Positions 38,057 through 48,259 of a stretch of DNA of 64,000 nt are shown here, piece by piece (position 1 is the first letter of the stretch; every line of letters starts with the position of its first letter). The notes below the pieces were generated by a model, which was given only the letters and a program-made list of their open reading frames with translations, did no database searches and was not told the DNA's origin. This DNA is from an uncultured archaeon. Its GTDB lineage: Archaea > Thermoplasmatota > Penumbrarchaeia > JASLWR01. The DNA lies in assembly GCA_964342815.1 (NCBI GenBank), contig CAYFHS010000002.1:3079-67078 (forward strand), in the 5' to 3' direction. A program made the position numbers and the translations under genes.

Positions 38057-41000
38057 GCCATCATATTTGATCTCGCTAAGCGCCTCAACCTCTACAGGCT
38101 TCATACTTCTTCCCATCCGGTCCACTTCATCGAGTATGGCTTCGTCCCTGCTTCTTTTTCTGGATTGCATAATGGCGATCAATATAAGAACGATGCCAAG
38201 TACCGCGCAGATCAGCAATGTCACACCCCAGTAGCTGGAGAGCACCCCTATGTCCTCCGGCCCCTTCTCGGGAAACTCTGGGTCTTTGTCTTTACCAGGA
38301 TCATACTTATACTTGTACTCGTCGTCCGGGACCAGCTCGATCTCCATCTCGTTCACCGTCACCATAAGCCAGTCCGTATCCTGGTTGCCGTGCTCGTCAG
38401 TAACGAGCAGCGTTACGAAGTATCTGCCCGATTTCTCGAAATGGAAGAACGGTTTCACTCCGGAAAGATGGATGGTCATACCGTCGTATTCGAACTTCCA
38501 GTTATAGCTCACAATGCCTGTGTTGTCAATGCTTTCACCACCGTCGAATATCACTGTGTTGTCCGGGTCGATGATCACGTCCTTACCGGCGTCCGCCCGG
38601 GGCGGTATTCCATCCACTACCGTTATCGTCACATTATCCGTGTCCGCATTGCCCATGGCATCCGAGACGGTCAGGTTAATTTCATAGCGTCCGGGATGGT
38701 GAAAGGTCAGGTCGATACTCTGGTTGTAGAGAATAACGTTCGTTCCATTGTATAGTAATCTCCACGTATAGTTCGTTATTCCGACGTCATCCGTGCTTCG
38801 GTCGCCGAATAAACTTATGGAATCGTGCAGGTGGATCCTCCGGTCGTTACCGGCAAACGCCACGGGCGGGGTAATATCCAGAACGGTAATCAGAACGTCG
38901 TCGAGGTCCAGGTTCCCTTCAGCATCGGCAACTCTCAATATTGCACGATATTCTCCGGCAATACCAAAGACGAAATCCAGCGAACTGCCGTATAGGAGAA
39001 AGAAGATATCATTATAGATAAAGCTCCAGGAAATATTAACAATAGCAACATTGTCGCTAGAACCTTTTGCATCCAAAAGGACCTTCTCGTGCTGGTTAAC
39101 GGTAATATCGTCTCCGGCGTCGGCAACCGGTGGTGTGACGTCTCTTACGGTGACGTTAAGATCGTCGGACGATCCTTCGCCCAATATATTTTCCACGGTC
39201 AGGTTGATCCCATAGACCCCTGGAATATGGAAAGTGAATTTCGGCGCGGGACCGGAAAGACTGTATCCTTCGCCGTCATAGGTGAAGTTCCACGTATATT
39301 CAACAATGTGGGGCCCGTTCAGGCAGGCGGAGCTGTTGAAAGTGACTTCCTCGTGCTGGTCCACATATATGTCGGGCCCCGCTTCAGCGATAGGAAAAAG
39401 TACACCGAAGGGATTCACCAGCGGAAAATGATCCATATGTTTGACGCTCCCGTAAATGGCATAGCCGATATCAACTATCCCGTCATAATTCTCATCCGGC
39501 CCCATCCAGTCGGACCAGTAGTTTCCCGAACCATTAAGGTCCCATTGGGTTCCCCAGCAGTAGTCGGATGCCTGGATACTGCCGTTGTTGTTTTCGATAA
39601 ATGTGTTACCGACAATAACATTATCCCGCGAGTTATCGGTTATCTTGACCCCGTATTCTTCATTCCGGACAAACGAATTGTTAAGTAGACGGTTCTCATC
39701 GCTGCTTTGATAGATGGCGATACCGTATTGATTCTCAATGAAGGTGTTATTCATCAGCAAGTTGCCATCGGAATTCCCTTTGATTTCAAGGCCGGATTCG
39801 GTGTTCAAACTGCACTTGTTATTCGAAAGATTATTATCAGTGGAAAATCCATAAATTTGAATACCGTTCTGGTTTTCCATGCATCGGTTATTGGTAATAT
39901 TATTTTTATTGTCAGTGATGTAGATTCCCACTCTATTGCCAATACAAATGTTATTATCCAGACTGCAGTACTGTGAGTCAACGGATATGCCGTAATTAAA
40001 ATTCGACCCGCACCGATTATTCCGAATCACCGTCCCATCGGCCCAGTAGATCTTAATGCCTTGACCATTATCATTGGCAATGTTTCCAGATATTATAGTC
40101 CCGAAACTGTAGTAGACATATATTCCGTAATCGTTAGATGAGCTGCACGTATTATTGATTATTTTGTTATCATATGAATTATAAATGTATATCCCGTACC
40201 GGTAATTTCCTATACACGAATTATCGATCACTTCATTATCGAATGAATAACGATACATCCTGATACCGGACTCTCCGTTGGAATCACATCGATTATGCCG
40301 AATTTCAACGTCCATCGAATTGTACAGATCGATTCCATCCTTCCCATTGTTGGAAAAATTGTTATCTTCGATTATGATACTATGTGAAAAAACAACCTGG
40401 AGCCCGACGTAGACTCCCGAGATGTTCTGATCCTTAACGGTTATATTCCTGCAACCGGCGAGTATTATCTGTCCAGCATTCGGTGGAATTTCCATATCTA
40501 TGCTGTCCTTTACAAAGACAATCACCCTGCCGTCTACGAGATTCGAAGAATCTATATCATTTGTGGTCCAATGTTCCTGTAGATCACCATAGAAATAGAT
40601 ACCTCCACCCACCATCAGGTTCCCGGATAACATGCTGTCAACAGAGTAGGCAAGGTTGATACCGCACCTGCCATTTCGTGCAATATTATTGAATCGAAAA
40701 GAGTTATTGTCCGAGTTGTATATTTCGATCCCGTAAAACCGGTTGTCAGAACAGCTATTATTTGTGATTACATTATTGTGAGAAAGGGAAAGCTCTATTC
40801 CAGCAGATTGATTTGAAAAGCACTTGTTCATATTTACTATGTTGTTTGACGAAGATGAAAGGAGGATGCCTTCGTAGTTTTCCGTACAGGTATTATTTTG
40901 AAGGGAATTGTAAAACGATTGGAAGAGTATTATCCCACGCATATCGTTATCTTGACAAACATTATTGATTATTTCGTTCCAATCGGAATTATCCAAATAT

Positions 41001-41461
41001 AATCCATTTCGATTATCCTCCATCCAGTTGTTTTCTACGCGGCACGAATTAACGCTCTTCAGGTGAATACCATCACCTATGAATGACGAATTTCTTATCT
41101 TGAAACCGCTTATGTTCGTCCCATTAGCTGTAACAAAGACCACATTCTCATTCCCCTGTCCAACAATTGTGGTATTCTCCCATCCAGCTCCCACGAGGCT
41201 GAGGGTCTTATTGATGATCACGTTCTCTCGATACATCCCGGCCTCGACGAATATGGTATCCCCTGCGCTTGAGTTATCCACGGCCCACTGGATATGCGTG
41301 TAATCCCCACTTCCTGATGCATTTACAATGATAGTACCGAGGACTCTTATACTGAGGTCCCCTGCTTGTGAGGAATTAGAAGATATTACAGACGGAACTA
41401 ACGGGATTAGAATTAGCAGAAGAATAATGAAAGATTTTGCTTTTTGAGTTCGCCCTGACAT
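38054..41461 (-). CDS. Giant surface protein: signal, extended right-handed beta-helix domain (NosD-like), four PKD domains, C-terminal TM anchor with short cytoplasmic tail
   Basis: 1135 aa. Signal 'FIILLLILIPLVPSVISS'. Beta-helix repeats 'NxxxxNxIxxN' over about 650 aa. PKD 'ISWSFIYNDIFFLLYGSSLDFVF' is paralogous to the PKD units of 11653..15741 and 29800..35787. TM 'VTLLICAVLGIVLILIAIM'. Confidence 0.85.
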   Translation of the reverse strand: MSGRTQKAKSFIILLLILIPLVPSVISSNSSQAGDLSIRVLGTIIVNASGSGDYTHIQWAVDNSSAGDTIFVEAGMYRENVIINKTLSLVGAGWENTTIVGQGNENVVFVTANGTNISGFKIRNSSFIGDGIHLKSVNSCRVENNWMEDNRNGLYLDNSDWNEIINNVCQDNDMRGIILFQSFYNSLQNNTCTENYEGILLSSSSNNIVNMNKCFSNQSAGIELSLSHNNVITNNSCSDNRFYGIEIYNSDNNSFRFNNIARNGRCGINLAYSVDSMLSGNLMVGGGIYFYGDLQEHWTTNDIDSSNLVDGRVIVFVKDSIDMEIPPNAGQIILAGCRNITVKDQNISGVYVGLQVVFSHSIIIEDNNFSNNGKDGIDLYNSMDVEIRHNRCDSNGESGIRMYRYSFDNEVIDNSCIGNYRYGIYIYNSYDNKIINNTCSSSNDYGIYVYYSFGTIISGNIANDNGQGIKIYWADGTVIRNNRCGSNFNYGISVDSQYCSLDNNICIGNRVGIYITDNKNNITNNRCMENQNGIQIYGFSTDNNLSNNKCSLNTESGLEIKGNSDGNLLMNNTFIENQYGIAIYQSSDENRLLNNSFVRNEEYGVKITDNSRDNVIVGNTFIENNNGSIQASDYCWGTQWDLNGSGNYWSDWMGPDENYDGIVDIGYAIYGSVKHMDHFPLVNPFGVLFPIAEAGPDIYVDQHEEVTFNSSACLNGPHIVEYTWNFTYDGEGYSLSGPAPKFTFHIPGVYGINLTVENILGEGSSDDLNVTVRDVTPPVADAGDDITVNQHEKVLLDAKGSSDNVAIVNISWSFIYNDIFFLLYGSSLDFVFGIAGEYRAILRVADAEGNLDLDDVLITVLDITPPVAFAGNDRRIHLHDSISLFGDRSTDDVGITNYTWRLLYNGTNVILYNQSIDLTFHHPGRYEINLTVSDAMGNADTDNVTITVVDGIPPRADAGKDVIIDPDNTVIFDGGESIDNTGIVSYNWKFEYDGMTIHLSGVKPFFHFEKSGRYFVTLLVTDEHGNQDTDWLMVTVNEMEIELVPDDEYKYKYDPGKDKDPEFPEKGPEDIGVLSSYWGVTLLICAVLGIVLILIAIMQSRKRSRDEAILDEVDRMGRSMKPVEVEALSEIKYDG

Positions 41462-41564
41462 GTAATAACACTGTCCGTAGAAACCTTTTATGATAATGCA
41501 AGTATAAATAAATATCCAGCAATATGAATAAATGTATAATCCCGAATTACTTTGACCCTAAAAA

Positions 41565-42341
41565 TCATTCACCCATCAATACCTCCACGGCCACCTCGAA
41601 GAGCGTCTCCAGACTCTTTTTTGTTGTTTCTCTGTGGAATTCAGGTCTCCATTCCAGCTCCGCCAGTGAATCGCTGACAGTAAAAATAGAAGCAAGATGG
41701 ACGTTTCGATATTCAGCCACGGCGAACAGCGCCGACGCCTCCATTTCAACGGTTGCCACTCCCTCGGCCTGATACTGCCGTATCTCCGCAAGCGTTTCGC
41801 GGTACGGGGCGTCCGTGGTCCAGCTGGTTCCAATGTGATATTTCACTTTGCGCCGATCCAGTGATTCCATGATCTTTTTTGTGATCTTGTTTGATGCCTG
41901 GGCATATTTTGTTTCATCGAAATAATGGTAAGAAGTACCTTCGTCGCGAATGGCTTTTTCGCAAACGACAATATCGCCAATCTCTATTTCTTTCTGAAGC
42001 GTCCCGGCACTCCCCACCGATATGAACTTTGTGACACCAAAGGCTATCAACTCCTCCAGCAACGCTACCGCCACCGGCGCGCCGATCCCGAATTTCCCCA
42101 TCACCACTACCTTCCCGCCGGTATCATCCAGCAAACGCATATCTCCGAAAAAACCTCTGATCCGGGTAGTTCTCTGCCCATTGACAATGTAATTCCATAA
42201 GCTGTTCTGGTAGCAGAAAATAACGCCTTGCGGGACATCCAATTCCAGATATTTTCCTCTCGTCCTCTGGTACTTTATGTAATCCCTGGGACCGTAGAGC
42301 GCGGTTTCATCATTTTTACGGTTAAAGTTCGGAAAGGCCAT
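41565..42341 (-). CDS. Nucleoside phosphorylase, PNP/UDP family (DeoD/Udp/MTAP-like)
   Basis: 258 aa with 'VVVMGKFGIGAPVAVALLEELIAFGVTKFISVGSAG' and 'TVEMEASALFAVAEY' (PNP_UDP_1 fold motifs). Exact substrate (purine, uridine or MTA) cannot be told from sequence by eye. Confidence 0.8.
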   Translation of the reverse strand: MAFPNFNRKNDETALYGPRDYIKYQRTRGKYLELDVPQGVIFCYQNSLWNYIVNGQRTTRIRGFFGDMRLLDDTGGKVVVMGKFGIGAPVAVALLEELIAFGVTKFISVGSAGTLQKEIEIGDIVVCEKAIRDEGTSYHYFDETKYAQASNKITKKIMESLDRRKVKYHIGTSWTTDAPYRETLAEIRQYQAEGVATVEMEASALFAVAEYRNVHLASIFTVSDSLAELEWRPEFHRETTKKSLETLFEVAVEVLMGE

Positions 42342-42765
42342 GTCGGGGGATGAGGTGAACAGGTTAATAAATTTTTTTTAGACTACACTAAAACTTGCGT
42401 ATGACGTTTTCGCAACGCAGAAACCGTCTTCGATTATATACACGGAGCATCGTTAGATTATCCGATTGCGGCGGAGAGCATATCAAGAAGTTCGAGGCAG
42501 ACCAGTATCCTTCTACTAATCACGACGACTGGGCCATTGCGAAGATATACTTTTCCATAGCAAAGAAGTTGGGAAGAAAATTGAGATATTCGTTGGATAT
42601 TTCAATAATTCCAGCGTTCCTAATGTCAAGAAATGAGATGATTCCTTGAACCTGTTATCGGGATTCAACTTCCAGAAGACGGATGAGTCGAAAGACCTCG
42701 CTAGGGCAATATAGGGATAAAAGAATATGAAGGGGAATGTTAAAAGGATCGAAGTTTTTGTGCTA

Positions 42766-42778
42766 ATAATTATATATA
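42766..42778 (+). promoter_or_regulatory. TATA box (AATTATATATAAT) about 35-45 nt upstream of the 42811 start, suggesting a leaderless or short-leader transcript
   Basis: Strong AT-rich TATA-like motif. No SD before the ATG. Confidence 0.35.
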
Positions 42779-42810
42779 ATCCAAAACTAATGTAGACATA
42801 ATCGTAGGAG

Positions 42811-45771
42811 ATGATCTCAATGCAGTCTCTAAAAAAAACCCGGATATTATCTACACTATTTCTTGGAATGCTGATTATTGCTGCATTTGTAAACATATTG
42901 CCCGGAGTTGTTTTTGAACTCAATGGTAAGGAAATATACAGTCAACCGGAATTATTGGAATCCGCTGATGAGGGAAAAAACAGACATTATAATTCCTTAT
43001 CTGCTTTCACGGGAGGCATTGAGAGTAAAACCTTTACTTTCATGGGAGAGGGGAGCGATTCTTCTTTGGCCCTGGAGCTGCCGGAAAATTCATTGATAGA
43101 GTCAGCCACTGTTGACATCGAAGGAAGACACGTAGGAGGTGTGGGGGGAGAGGTCATTAGAGATTACTCGGACACTGTTAAAAACAAGGCATGGGATTTC
43201 TCGAACAATCAACAAAGACCGCCAAATATGGCCCAACCTGCGAACCTGAAATCCAATCAATACAATGCGAACGACTACAATGCCGTACGCAATATCGATG
43301 GAAGCAGCAAGATGACACAAGGGTGGAGGAATTGCTTTCCATTACAGCTATACGAGTTCAACCTTTCCTCTTATTACGTGCTCAACTTCGGCGTGTTCTG
43401 GACGGGATATTACTGGGTCTGGGATTTCGATAACAGCGAAGGATTGAACGTAACAATCTGGAACAGGTCGAGCAGTAATTGGGAAATCGTGGGAACGCAT
43501 TATGCACGATTTGCCAACGATCACGTCAATATCGAAAGATCCTATAATGGCCCGCCTTTTCATTATATAAACCCCGCAACAGATATTCTATATATGGCAG
43601 TGGTTGGCCCTGCATCATACAATCAGAGCAATATGACCACGAGGCTTTATACCAATTATATTTCCGTCAACATCACTCTCGATCCCACACCCTTATTCCC
43701 GGTGGATCCGTTCCTGGATGTTGGAGCGGATGGGGATGAGGATTGGAAATACTTAGGAGAACTTTCCGGTGAGGAAACATTCTCGGGTAACGATTTTACA
43801 AACGAGCTCCAGGAACACGTGGATTCCGGTGGAGCGGGTGGAACTATCAACATAGTATTCAAGTTCGGGGTGGCGGATAGGGGAAAGCTATATATTTCAA
43901 ACCTGACTATCATTTACATTACCAACCAGGGACCCACCAGCTCGTCGAATATTATCTCTGTATATTTTTACGAGGATTCGGGGTGGTACGAGTCAACCAG
44001 GAATGTAACCGATTATTTCCAGGACATCGATGATCCCATTTCGAACCTGACCTACGAGCTCCACGGCAATACGTCGGATGTATGGGGGGTTATAACACAG
44101 GATTATACGCTGAATTTTTCATCTGGAGAAAATTATTTCGGTCAGTCTGAATTCAGCATTTCTTGCAGGGATAGGGGTATCGACGGTATAAGCAGTGCGG
44201 ATGACTCTTTCGTGTATTCTAGTAATTTCAATGTCAATGTCCTTCCATCAGATGATCCCCCCGAGATAACATATGTGAACACTCAACGGGTGGTGGATAA
44301 TTCTATTTCAACCATTGCCTACGAGGATGCGTACCTAAATCTCACACTCGAACACGAGGATATCGACGGTGATGATATCGCATACTCGCTGAATATCACG
44401 GACGGAGCATTTGCAGTGAACGGAAAAAATATATCGTTTCTGGCCGGACAGGAGCATGTTGGGTTCTTTAATTTCACAATAATCGGAACCGAGATGAACA
44501 CATCGGACCTAAGCGATTACGTTGATGTAGAAGTTAGGGTCTATAACACCAATGACGCACCAGTAATGGAGTCTGCAGACGATATTATCGTCGATGAGGA
44601 CATGTGGGTGAACTTCTCCGTTCTGGCAGATGATATCGATCTTTTATATGACGAAGATGAAAAACTCACATTCTACTCGAATTTCAGTAAATCCGGCGTT
44701 CCCTCTGCGAACTGGGACTTCGACAAGAACACGGGGGATTTTTCTTTTCTGCCAGACAATTCTCAGGTGGGGGAATATCTTGTGAACTTCTCAGTAGAGG
44801 ACCGAAATAGAAAAAAGGACTGGACAGAGGTAACAATAGAAGTGAACAACATCAATGATCCGCCGTTTGCCAAGCCTATCGAGTTTATCGTTGATGACGC
44901 GGATGAACAAACACCCGAAATAGAGAACTTGAGTGTGACGTTTCAGACAAATACCGGAATAGACCCGGATCTCATCCACGGCGACGAGTTGGAATATTCA
45001 TGGGATTTCGACGATTCCAACGGGATTGGTGTCAATGCCATGGGCCAGACCGTTCTTAATACCTACACGGCAAGTGGAAACTATACTATCACGTTGACGG
45101 TGAGCGACAAGATGGGATTGAAGAGCTCGACAAATATAACCATTGAAGTGCTGGCTCCCACAGAGAAAAAACCGGATGGCGATGACGACGATGATGATGA
45201 CGATGATGTGGACGACGATGATACCGGGGGAACAGGTGGAGGAAGGAACGAAGTATCCGCCAGCGGCGGCGTTGACGTTTGGGTATTGATCGTGGTTGCT
45301 GTAATTGCGATCATAACGGCTGGTGCTGTGGGTTTTATAATCGGATTTAATATGATGAAGAAGAAGCGGAAGGACGAAGAAGAGCGAATTTATACGCCTC
45401 CACCGGTGGGAATTCCTCCCAAAGACACTACCGGAGCAGAGGCTCCAGTTCCTACAATAAGCACCAGTGCTCTGTCTCCCGCTCCCACCGAAGGCGGAAC
45501 ACCGGGAGAACACAAATTAGATACGGTCGAGGACTCCATCGCTGCTGCTCCATTAGCTCCAGTGGTGACTTCGCCTGAAGAAAAAAAACCGATAGCTCGC
45601 GTAGTTGGCCGCCCACTTCCTCAGGCAACTGAAACCGACACTGTCGATTCCGAACCGCAAACAGCCGGCCAGCAAGCACCTATCTGTCCAAAATGCAGTA
45701 AAAGTGCCCAGTATTACCCTGAATATAAATGTCACTGGTGTATTGGATGTCAGGATTACGTGCTTGACTAA
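42811..45771 (+). CDS. Giant surface protein: signal, about 430-aa N-terminal domain of unknown fold, three or four cadherin-like domains, PKD domain, poly-Asp, TM anchor, Pro-rich linker, cytoplasmic four-Cys zinc-ribbon tail
   Basis: 986 aa. Signal 'ILSTLFLGMLIIAAFVNILPGVV'. Cadherin-like 'YNTNDAP'/'NNINDPP' module boundaries. 'DGDDDDDDDDDVDDDD' at about 45180-45225. TM 'VWVLIVVAVIAIITAGAVGFIIGF'. Tail 'CPKCSKSAQYYPEYKCHWCIGCQDYV' at 45685-45768. Confidence 0.85.
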   Translation: MISMQSLKKTRILSTLFLGMLIIAAFVNILPGVVFELNGKEIYSQPELLESADEGKNRHYNSLSAFTGGIESKTFTFMGEGSDSSLALELPENSLIESATVDIEGRHVGGVGGEVIRDYSDTVKNKAWDFSNNQQRPPNMAQPANLKSNQYNANDYNAVRNIDGSSKMTQGWRNCFPLQLYEFNLSSYYVLNFGVFWTGYYWVWDFDNSEGLNVTIWNRSSSNWEIVGTHYARFANDHVNIERSYNGPPFHYINPATDILYMAVVGPASYNQSNMTTRLYTNYISVNITLDPTPLFPVDPFLDVGADGDEDWKYLGELSGEETFSGNDFTNELQEHVDSGGAGGTINIVFKFGVADRGKLYISNLTIIYITNQGPTSSSNIISVYFYEDSGWYESTRNVTDYFQDIDDPISNLTYELHGNTSDVWGVITQDYTLNFSSGENYFGQSEFSISCRDRGIDGISSADDSFVYSSNFNVNVLPSDDPPEITYVNTQRVVDNSISTIAYEDAYLNLTLEHEDIDGDDIAYSLNITDGAFAVNGKNISFLAGQEHVGFFNFTIIGTEMNTSDLSDYVDVEVRVYNTNDAPVMESADDIIVDEDMWVNFSVLADDIDLLYDEDEKLTFYSNFSKSGVPSANWDFDKNTGDFSFLPDNSQVGEYLVNFSVEDRNRKKDWTEVTIEVNNINDPPFAKPIEFIVDDADEQTPEIENLSVTFQTNTGIDPDLIHGDELEYSWDFDDSNGIGVNAMGQTVLNTYTASGNYTITLTVSDKMGLKSSTNITIEVLAPTEKKPDGDDDDDDDDDVDDDDTGGTGGGRNEVSASGGVDVWVLIVVAVIAIITAGAVGFIIGFNMMKKKRKDEEERIYTPPPVGIPPKDTTGAEAPVPTISTSALSPAPTEGGTPGEHKLDTVEDSIAAAPLAPVVTSPEEKKPIARVVGRPLPQATETDTVDSEPQTAGQQAPICPKCSKSAQYYPEYKCHWCIGCQDYVLD

Positions 45772-46014
45772 TGGTTACTGAAGTTTTGTGTTTCTAAGAA
45801 AATAAATCCTCATGACGAGTTCATGGGAGTGCTGGATGTGGTAGGCTATTAAGTATCTTCTGATTTCCGGTTTTTAACTAGGACCGAACCGAGAACGGAT
45901 ATCCTACTATTTGGGGGTGAGAAGGAAGTCGATAATATAAAATTGACATAGTTAGATTTTCAGGCCAAAATCCCACCAAAATTATTTATCTTCCGAAACC
46001 CCTTTTACAGATGC

Positions 46015-47031
46015 ATGAGAAAGTTAACCGTATCCTTAATAGTATTTCTGATGGTATCAATTGCCTTAACTGAAGCAAACCGGGTTAACGCTCATGCGAA
46101 TCCTGCTGATAAAAACGAGCCATACGTCGTTAAAAACCGATTACTGCTGGAATCAGCCAAGATAGCCGATAAAGGCATGGAAGCCGCGAAAAACATGTTG
46201 ATCAGAGCGTTTTCGGAGAACATCACCGAGGCCGACGTCGTCCGTGCCATAAACGATGCCATGACGGATGAAGGCTCGAGCGAATATGTGGAAGCCTTTG
46301 GCGTTATCGTGGCGTCGGGGGAGCAGTCGGCCATGCCGCACGGTGACACAAGCGACGATGGTACCAACTTAATTCTTCCGGGCGAGGTTGTAGTGGTGGA
46401 TCTGGGTGCGAGATATAGGGGATATTGCTCGGACCTGACGAGAACCTTCTTCATGGGAAATGCAACCCAGGAAATGATGGATATCTACAATATAACGTTG
46501 GAGGCACAGGTTGCCGGCATCGAGGCCGTGAGAGCCGGGGTTTGGGCAAGGGATGTGGATAAGGTGGCCAGAGATATTATATCCGGTTACGGTTACGGCG
46601 ATAATTTTACCCACGGTCTCGGGCATGGAATAGGTCTATACATACACATGCCGCCCATCCTCAGCCCTAATAGCGACGGGATATTGTTTAAAAGCGGCGA
46701 TATGACCATCACCATCGAGCCGGGGATCTACCTGGATGGAAGATTCGGGATCAGGATAGAGGACGATGTCTTCGTTCTGAGAACCGGATATGAGTTGTTG
46801 ACCTTCTATCCAAAAGGTATCGAGAACGCTATTCTGTACCCTGATACCATATCGAACGATTCCCAAAGTACGGGTGAAGAGAATGAGGAGGCAGTGGGGG
46901 AAAATGGTCTATTGGGGGTATTGGGTGAGATATTTTCGAACGGTGTTGTGATAATTATTTGTTCGGTAGCAGTCGTTATGATAGTTGGGTTGGTGGTCAG
47001 GAAAAGGAAAAATAGGGAGAAGGAGGGGTAG
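46015..47031 (+). CDS. M24-family metallopeptidase (Xaa-Pro aminopeptidase/prolidase-like) with N-terminal signal and C-terminal TM anchor
   Basis: 338 aa. 'HGLGHGIGLYIHMPP' and 'GDMTITIEPGIY' are M24 pita-bread-fold metal-ligand motifs. N-terminus 'VSLIVFLMVSIALTEA'. C-terminal 'GVVIIICSVAVVMIVGLVV' followed by RKRK. Confidence 0.8.
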   Translation: MRKLTVSLIVFLMVSIALTEANRVNAHANPADKNEPYVVKNRLLLESAKIADKGMEAAKNMLIRAFSENITEADVVRAINDAMTDEGSSEYVEAFGVIVASGEQSAMPHGDTSDDGTNLILPGEVVVVDLGARYRGYCSDLTRTFFMGNATQEMMDIYNITLEAQVAGIEAVRAGVWARDVDKVARDIISGYGYGDNFTHGLGHGIGLYIHMPPILSPNSDGILFKSGDMTITIEPGIYLDGRFGIRIEDDVFVLRTGYELLTFYPKGIENAILYPDTISNDSQSTGEENEEAVGENGLLGVLGEIFSNGVVIIICSVAVVMIVGLVVRKRKNREKEG

Positions 47032-47313
47032 GAGAGAGGGCTCACCTTTAAGCCAGTCAATAGAGCTGTGAGATAGGTATAGGGGATATTGAAGGTGCAG
47101 ACTCACTCCTTTGGTGTTTTTTTTAGTTCATCTTTACCCTGAGGAAAGATACTACTACGTAGTAATGTAGTGCCCTAAAGAAAGAGAAAAAAATTGGGTA
47201 AAAAATATGCTGTGGAATATAATGAAAAATAACCATTTTGAGGATATTTTCCGGAAAATAATCACTTAACATTTGGAATATATAGGGAATTGTTGCACCT
47301 AGTAGTAATAGAT

Positions 47314-47964
47314 CTAAGACGGGTGGAAACGATTTCCATCAATTATTTTGCCTATCTCTTCCATCTGTTTACCAACATATTTACCCCTATCGGTCAAGTA
47401 GAAATGATCTACACGGTAGCCCCTTTGCCTGCCTTTGGGAAATTCTAATTTTCCTTCGACCATTCCCCACCTGTCTAAGAAAGAAATACAAATATTTGAT
47501 GCATTTACTTTTCCTTTCTCTTTCAATTCTGAAGAGTATGCTTTATCATTTTTATAGATGTAATTTAGAGTTTTTATTAGGCCGGTCTGACTGTCCATAT
47601 TGAGAAGAATCTGTCTCGTTTTGTCAAGCTCATCGATATTAAGAAATAATCCCGCCACAGCCACACCTTTTTCTGTTAAGGAAAAGACCCGTTGTCTGCG
47701 TTTGCTTTTTTCTCCGTTCTCATCTTTCTCAATAATCAAAGCGAAGGTTTTCAAAATATTGATACATTTATAGGCTGTGCCATAGCTCATACCGGTTCGT
47801 TTATTTATTTTATTTATGTGAGTGATCCCTTCCTTACGCAAGTGAACCAATAATCTGATCAATCCGGTTTGTTTATCGAATTTCAAAATATTATTCATCG
47901 CTGGGATTAGATTTAATTGCATATAAATAGTTTGTTGTGCAGTTTTTAAATTATAATGCAACAA
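47314..47964 (-). CDS. Winged-helix transcriptional regulator (two wHTH-like segments; TrmB/MarR-like)
   Basis: 216 aa. 'INKRTGMSYGTAYKCINILKTFALIIEK' is HTH-like. Basic segments. Family not firmly assigned. Confidence 0.5.
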   Translation of the reverse strand: MLHYNLKTAQQTIYMQLNLIPAMNNILKFDKQTGLIRLLVHLRKEGITHINKINKRTGMSYGTAYKCINILKTFALIIEKDENGEKSKRRQRVFSLTEKGVAVAGLFLNIDELDKTRQILLNMDSQTGLIKTLNYIYKNDKAYSSELKEKGKVNASNICISFLDRWGMVEGKLEFPKGRQRGYRVDHFYLTDRGKYVGKQMEEIGKIIDGNRFHPS

Positions 47965-48061
47965 ATACTTCAGTATATCAACTAATGAGGATAGTTTCGT
48001 TCAGTTATTGAATTATTTTGGAATAATAAGTTTTATAAACTTATATTTCCATCGAGGTTTT

Positions 48062-48259
48062 ATGGGTCAGGCCGAAGTGACAGAATTCCTAGAATATAGG
48101 TTGGGTAGATGGTTTACCTCAAAAGAGATCAGTTTGAATGTTAATACATCAACAGTATCCGTAGCGCATTCTCTTCGGAAGTTAATCGAACAGGGTGAAG
48201 TTCAACGACGAAGAGATGTGAAAAATAAATATGGATATCAATACAAGTTCAACAAATGA
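48062..48259 (+). CDS. Small winged-helix DNA-binding protein
   Basis: Start at Met 'MGQAEVTEFLEYRLGRWFTSKEIS...VSVAHSLRKLIEQGEVQRRRD'. The longer ORF from 48008 adds a hydrophobic, non-protein-like extension. Divergent from the 47314..47964 regulator. Confidence 0.45.
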   Translation: MGQAEVTEFLEYRLGRWFTSKEISLNVNTSTVSVAHSLRKLIEQGEVQRRRDVKNKYGYQYKFNK

